Assembly (NCBI GenBank): GCA_002269645.1
Contig: NIVC01001361.1
Span: forward strand, 62,001 to 126,000
DNA: 64,000 bases
Reading direction: 5' to 3'
From: Macrostomum lignano
Lineage: Eukaryota
Shown here: positions 57,728 through 64,000 of the stretch, piece after piece
Layout of the letters: each line of letters begins with the position of its first letter
How positions within the stretch are numbered: position 1 is the first letter of the stretch
Notes under the pieces: generated by a model
What the model was told of the DNA's origin: nothing
Seen by the model: the letters and a program-made list of their open reading frames with translations, nothing else
Databases searched by the model: none
Translations under genes and position numbers: made by a program

Positions 57728-58879
57728 CTGTGCGAGATAATTATTTTTTCGAGTGCATTTTTCAGAGAACATTTTATTGTTACTGTAAAGTACATGCACA
57801 TGTATTCAGCTAGCTTCGAACTCTTACTATAGGTGGCCTAATGGGATGAACAGACTTTTCAAAGACTGATGCTTTCGCTCGAGACAAAATACAGGCAAGA
57901 ACTACTCAAATAAAGAGGCATGAAGCTACGTTTCGTGGAAAATTTAACTAATAAGATTACTGCAGCACAATTATAAAATTATAATTCGAAGGATCCTATT
58001 TGTCTAATCGAAAAACTGATATACTGTACACATGTAGAAGGCTTCATCAAAAGATGAACAATTGGATCTCCCTTATAACAAAAGTAACAATTAACGTAGT
58101 TTGCTGCGTTCTTCTGCTGGAGTTGTCCTTGAACTTGAATACAGGCTTCTGATATAAACACTGTTGATCAGACACGTACTAAAAACACACAAAACTAATG
58201 CGATCTATTCATGTACAGTACGTATTGCATCCAGTCTAAATTGTTTCTGAGTATAAAGATACAAAATTTAATATGTTTAGTCACCTGAGATTTGTCATCG
58301 TCGAAGTCCGATGATTGATTTAAGTTCTTTGTCACGCCGCCATCCGTGATCAAATCGACCGATTCTGTCATTTTTAGTTGAAGTCGACGGTCGACGGTCG
58401 AGAAAAGCTACTATGTGCACATTAACACAGCCTCGGTATATTCAGCTATTCCTGAGATGGAAATTACGTATCACCCCCTATAAATGCAAGACACCGAGTA
58501 CACCAATTACGTTAGTACCCTGTGAGTCTGCACTTGGGGTGCTCTAGCTCAGTGCTGTACAAAGCAACCTATAATAGCTTTCGCTAAATTTAGACGTCAA
58601 GCATAGTATATTTTTAATAATTACTCAACTCAAGAAGACAAGGAACAAAAAAAGAAATCAGGGAAGCCTCATTTCTTCGTTACGCTTACCCCACCCCAGC
58701 CACAAGTTTTCCCAATGTTTAGTCGGATCCAATCTCGATTTTGACAGTATCTGTTTCATTTCAAAACTGAATCAACTCTACACAGTTCGCTTGAATTTCA
58801 CAGCAGTCAAGGCAATTGTTTTTGTATTAGCCTTATAGCCCTATGATTTCACAACCCATGTGTACAAAGAACAACTTTA

Positions 58880-59030
58880 AGTACCAAGGGGTACAAAGAC
58901 CAGTTTTGAACAACCAAGGGGTACAACGTTTTGAGCAACCAAGGGATACAAAGGCCTGGTTTTGAGCAACCAAGGGATACAAAGACCAGGTTTTGAGCAA
59001 CCAAGGGGTACAAAGACCAGGTTTTAAGCA
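58880..59030. repeat. ~30-bp tandem repeat (CAACCAAGGGGTACAAAGACCAGGTTTTGAG)
   Basis: About 5 units. Confidence 0.8.
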
Positions 59031-60300
59031 ACCGGCAGATTATGCTTAAGAAGATTGTTTGCATAAATTTTTGCCTCTTCAAAGAAAGTAGAAAACAAGG
59101 ATAGCACTGCTAGAGTAGCTAAAAATTTATAGATTTTAATGTAAATCTACAACTTTGCAAGCCGAAGATAGATAATATCAAGGCCTGATGAACTGCAAAC
59201 TAGAGTCACTAGCTGATATACTATATACTCCATTAGTCTCATTTTATATTATTTATTAGTAAGTATATATTCATATTCAAAATAGTCGCAAAGTAAGGGA
59301 CTTTCCTAACAGAGCAGTCAGTTTAAACAAAACAAAATATGCTTAGGCAACAGGCTATCTAGGGACACATTGCCGAGGGAGTTGAAGGGACAGGCAAAAG
59401 GTTTTGAAAGCTGCTACTACCAACAAGCACAACTCGTTGGTCTATTCAACTTTTTTCGCAGAGTTCATTGAACACGAAAACATCAAATCGAATACTGGAC
59501 AAGCAGATTTAGAGGGAGTGGGCTTAAACAGGGCTAATTATAGAATATATTCGCTTCAAGCTTAAACTATTACTAGCTAGTAGATATACTACTCACGAAA
59601 GTAGCAAGTCAACCAGACGAGACGAGGCTGGCTAAAATACAAGCGGAGAAGAAATGGGCTCTGTTTTCTTTTAAGAATTAACAAAGGACTTTGCATGCTG
59701 TGCTCAACTGTCACTCCGAGCACGGAGAGTGACGGAAAGCACCTTCTCAGAAAACAGGCTTTAGGTTTGCTGTGTAGGGCTGAAGCAGCACAGGAAAATT
59801 TAAACAGAAATAAACCGAAAGATTGAGCCACGCCTCGAAATTAAGTTGCTAGGTTAGAAATTTAAGAAATAAACAGAGTTTTTCACTTCCTCGAAATGAA
59901 TTCTCAACAATGAGCACATAGTTCTGACTTTATTCAACAAAAAGTGGTGCATCATTTTACCTTTTGGCTTGTATTTCTGATTGTTTTAATAATTTGTGTG
60001 TTCCCTGCAATAAATAGAAGAATTATAAACCAGAAGAAAGGCAAACTGACCTATTTACTCAGTCATATACTCAGATACTAGTATAACTAGATGTGTCATT
60101 CGCAATTGAAGTCGTGAAAAAGCAGAGCGTCTACTCTTTTATCAATAGCTTGTATGCGCAGGGTCACTTAACTTTAAAGTGGCAGCAATGTATCCTTTAC
60201 CTTTCTTTGGTGTTTGCGACCTCAGGAGCATATGGGATTGAGAATGAGCAACCAGCATTGAACTCGATGTACACAAGTGAACGCAAGACGGACGAAACTT

Positions 60301-60770
60301 AGCCTAGGGGGCAGGCCCAATCTAGCTCAGCCAATGAGAGAGCAGTAAGGAGAGAGGGCAAAGTCAGACAGGCGAACCTCAGCCTAGGGGGCAGGCCCAA
60401 TCTAGCTCAGCCAATGAGAGAGCAGTAAGGAGAGAGGGCAAAGTCAGACAGGCGAACCTCAGCCTAGGGGGCAGGCCCAATCTAGCTCAGCCAATGAGAG
60501 AGCAGTAAGGAGAGAGGGCAAAGTCAGACAGGCGAACCTCAGCCTAGGGGGCAGGCCCAATCTAGCTCAGCCAATGAGAGAGCAGTAAGGAGAGAGGGCA
60601 AAGTCAGACAGGCGAACCTCAGCCTAGGGGGCAGGCCCAATCTAGCTCAGCCAATGAGAGAGCAGTAAGGAGAGAGGGCAAAGTCAGACAGGCGAACCTC
60701 AACCTAGGGGGCAGGCCCCATCTAGCTCAGCCAATGAGAAAGCAGTAAGGAAAGAGGTCAAAGTCAGACA
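60301..60770. repeat. 80-bp tandem repeat, 6 copies
   Basis: Units start at 60301, 60381, 60461, 60541, 60621 and 60701; the first five are essentially identical. Confidence 0.95.
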
Positions 60771-61404
60771 CAAGAAGGCAAGAGGAAAGCCAAACTGTTA
60801 ATCGGCTTGGCTGCGGGCTAGGGCGCCACCCCTTTCCCTCTTGCTCGCTGTGCACACGCACTGGATTTGGGTGCAGCTTCAAACAGGATAAAGATGCTAA
60901 TTTAATGGGTCTGCTTGTAGAAGGCCAGAGGCGATTGTTGCAGCTTCAAAAACTTTAAATATATTGTAAAATTAAGCAGTTTTATATTTACTAAAATAAC
61001 AAAAAAACCCTATATCCTACTGAAAAGGAGTAGACGAGAATATTTTTGACTGGCATATCTAGCTATTCCAGTATCTGTGGTCATAACTACTCGCAGCTAC
61101 GGTATGCTATAGAATACAACTCTACAGACGACTCCATGGGTTAGCTGTAGATTTTGCAAGGATTTTCCGTGGACTTTTCACGGATTTACCATAGATTTTC
61201 CATGGACTTCCTACGAATTTACTACTGACTTTCTATGAATTTTTAGTAAAAAGAACGCCAAATCTATTAATACTATGGTACCACTAAGTACGCTCGTAAT
61301 TACAATTACTTATAATTATACAGTAGCTAGCCAATGGTGCTCGCATCATAGTTGGTTTTGGGGAACAAAAAGTATTATTAAAGAGCCAAGCTAGTCAAAG
61401 GCGA

Positions 61405-64000
61405 TCACAATCCTAGCAGCAGAATGCGCGGATCCTCTACAAAGCTTTTGATTTTGCGCAGAAATGTGACAGCCTCCCTGCCGTCAATCAGCCGGTGATC
61501 GTAGGTGAGCGCCACGAACATCATTGGCCGAATCTCCACCTTGCCGTTGACGGCCATGGGCCTGTCGAATACGCCGTGCATGCCAAGGATTGCCGACTGC
61601 GGCGGGTTGATGATGGGCGTGCCGAACAGGGAGCCGAATACGCCGCCGTTTGAGATTGTGAACGTGCCGCCGTCCATGTCCTGCGATTGGCGTGGGGGTG
61701 GGGGGGAAGAGAAATTAAAATACAAGGGGATATGCTGGCAGCCGGCCATTCTAGAGACAGTTAAGAACCAATAAACTTTAGAGATAATTTAGAATCCAGT
61801 AATTTAGGGATATTCTAGAATATAGTCCTTTAGGGATATTTTAGAACTCAGTTATTTAGGGAGATTTTAGAATTCAGTCATTTAGGGAGATTTTAGAACT
61901 CAGTCATTTAGGGATATTTTAGAATTCAGTCATTTAGGGATATTTTAGAATCCAGTCATTTAGGGATATTTTAGAATCCAGTCATTTAAGAATATTTAAG
62001 AACAGGCACACATTTAGGGATATTTTAACATCTTCATTTTAGAATCCAGTCAGTTCAGAAATATTTTAGAATCCAGTCAGTTCAGAAATATTTTAGAACT
62101 CAGTCATTTAGGGATATTTTAGAATCCAGTTTTTAGGGATATTTTTGAATCCAGTCAGTTCAGAAATATTTTAAAATCCAGTCATTTAGGGATATTTTAG
62201 AATCCAGTCATTTGGGGATATTTTAGAATCTAGTCATTTGGGGATATTTTAAATCTAGTCATTTTAGAATCCAGTCATTTCAGGGAATTTTTAGAATCCA
62301 GTCATTTAGGGATATTTATAGAATCATCTCGAAGACGTTAGACATGTCAATCTCATTAAAGGTAGTGAGCATAGCACAGGTATTCTGGGCCTCCTTTAAT
62401 CGCTCGGCGATGCGCAGGGATATTTTAGAATCCAGTCATTTAGGGATATTTTAGAACTCAGTCATTTAGGGATATTTTAGAATTCAGTCATTTTAGGGAT
62501 ATTTTAAAATGTTGCCATTTCGCTAATTCAGGGAATTTAACCCTTAAGTTTATGTGCATTTATCAGTTTCATTCCAGAAGGCAGCCTAAGAACTTTGCAA
62601 CAAAGAAGCCGCATACCTCAATAGCCAGCTCGTTTTTGCGCGCCTTGACGCCAAGCGCCGCAATCTCGTGTTCAATGTCGGCCAGATTCATGTTGTGAAC
62701 GCCGCGCAGCACAGGCACAACCAGGCCTTTGGGAGTGGCCACGGCCACGCTGATGTCAACGTAGTCCCTGTAGACAATGTCGCCGCCATCGATGACCGCA
62801 TTGACAGCCGCCTGCTGCTGCAGGGCGTAAGCGGCCGCCTTCACAAATGGCGACATGAAGCCCAGCTTGACCCCGTGCTGCTTCTCGAATGCCGGCTGGA
62901 ACCTGAGGGCATGTTCGATGGTAATGATTGTACAGGTGGCACACACAGTGAAGGACTGGGGGAGGGTGGCACACCTCTGAAGACTGGGGAGGGTGGCACA
63001 CACAGTGATGGACTGGGGGAGGGTGGCACACACAGTGATGGACTGGGGGAGGGTGGCACACACAGTGAAGGACTGGGGGAGGGTGGCACACACAGTGAAG
63101 GACTGGGGGAGGGTGGCACACACAGTGAAGGACTGGGGGAGGGTGGCACACACAGTGATGGACTGGGGGAGGGTGGCACACACAGTGAAGGACTGGGGGA
63201 GGGTGGCACACACAGTGATGGACTGGGGGAGGGTGGCTCACACAGTGATGGACTGGGGGAGGGTGGCACACACAGTGAAGGACTGGGGGAGGGTGGCACA
63301 CACAGTGAAGGACTGGGGGAGGGTGGCTCACACCAGCTCATTTTCCCCACTCACTTGGCCCGCATCTCGAAGACGTTAGACATGTCAATCTCATTAAAGG
63401 TAGTGAGCATAGCACAGGTATTCTGGGCCTCCTTTAATCGCTCGGCGATGCGCAGACGCATCCGGGACATCTTCACGCGACGCTCCGATCGAGCGCCGAC
63501 AGTCGAAGTCGAAGGGGCGGACGCTGACGATGAAGCCGCCGCCTGAGGCAGCGGGGGCGGCTTGGACGGCGCCTGGGAGGCCACCAGCTTGTCCTCCTTG
63601 GGTGCAGCCGGTGCCTGCTGCTCAGGCTGCTTGGGCTGCTCAGGCTGCTGCTGCGGTGCAGCTGGTTTCTCCTCCACGGCCGCCTTCTTGTCCGACTTTG
63701 CCGCAGCGGGCGCCGCTCCGCCAGCCTCAATTTTGAACACCTCCTGATGGGCCACCACCTTCTGGCCGTCCGGCACTAGCAGCTCCGTGATGACGCCGGC
63801 GCAGGGCGAGTGCACCTGCACGGAGGTCTTGTCTGTCTCAACTTCGGCTACCAGCTCGTCCTCGGCCACGGTGTCGCCGACCTGCTTCTCCCAGCGAATG
63901 TCTCCTTCAGTGACGGACTCCGCAAAAGCTGGCACTTTGCCAGTTACAACTCCGCCTCGAAGACTGCGACTTGTGTGCAGCTGCCGCCATTGGCTGTTTA
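61405..64000 (-). CDS. DLST: Dihydrolipoamide succinyltransferase (2-oxoglutarate dehydrogenase E2), 5' end beyond the window (exons >=64000-63355, 62902-62617, 61680-61405)
   Basis: Lipoyl domain [11 protein letters not shown]; [30 protein letters not shown]; HGVKLGFMS; [17 protein letters not shown]; [14 protein letters not shown]. Confidence 0.96.
61790..62500. repeat. ~24-bp intronic minisatellite (AGGGATATTTTAGAATCCAGTCATTT-like) with an embedded exon copy
   Basis: Tandem units; 62325-62417 is an exact copy of 63363-63455. Confidence 0.9.
62935..63330. repeat. 30-bp intronic minisatellite (GGTGGCACACACAGTGAWGGACTGGGGGAG)n
   Basis: About 13 units in the DLST intron. Confidence 0.95.

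Noticed and set aside
58280-58380. FKBP-like DGGVTK motif
   Set aside because: Too short, with no further FKBP residues; it is possibly an upstream exon of the WD40 gene and unresolved.

Overview
This is eukaryotic (animal, probably invertebrate) genomic DNA: spliced host genes, many minisatellites, TTAGGG repeats and several transposon classes. I see no CRISPR, rRNA or true tRNA genes. The main feature is a 10,557-bp Polinton/Maverick-type endogenous virus (5801-16357). It has ~593-bp near-identical terminal inverted repeats and a perfect 6-bp TSD (CAAGCA), and it sits inside a 21-bp minisatellite. It encodes a full virion module (major capsid, penton, adenain protease, A32/FtsK packaging ATPase, two core-like proteins) and an rve-chromodomain integrase. 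It has no protein-primed DNA polymerase B and no helicase/primase. Instead it carries a TBP-like protein, a Fic-domain protein, a putative T7-gp2.5/NCLDV-type SSB and two unknown ORFs. A TATAAATA(AA) motif recurs just upstream of most of its genes. All its clear frameshifts are single-base losses in short homopolymers, and the same defect occurs in a host gene, so the element may really be intact. Host genes: an unknown 4-exon gene, a BRICHOS+antistasin protein, a gustatory-receptor-like 7TM gene, AGMO, an SLC16/MCT-like transporter, a TRP-like channel, a WD40 protein and DLST. Other mobile DNA: a LINE remnant, a mariner, a hAT MITE, a Penelope-like remnant with a hammerhead-like motif, tRNA-derived SINEs, and a 2.1-kb TIR element carrying Gypsy RT fragments. 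Two short telomeric-repeat insertions lie at rearrangement junctions. All family assignments come from motif recognition by eye, not database searches.
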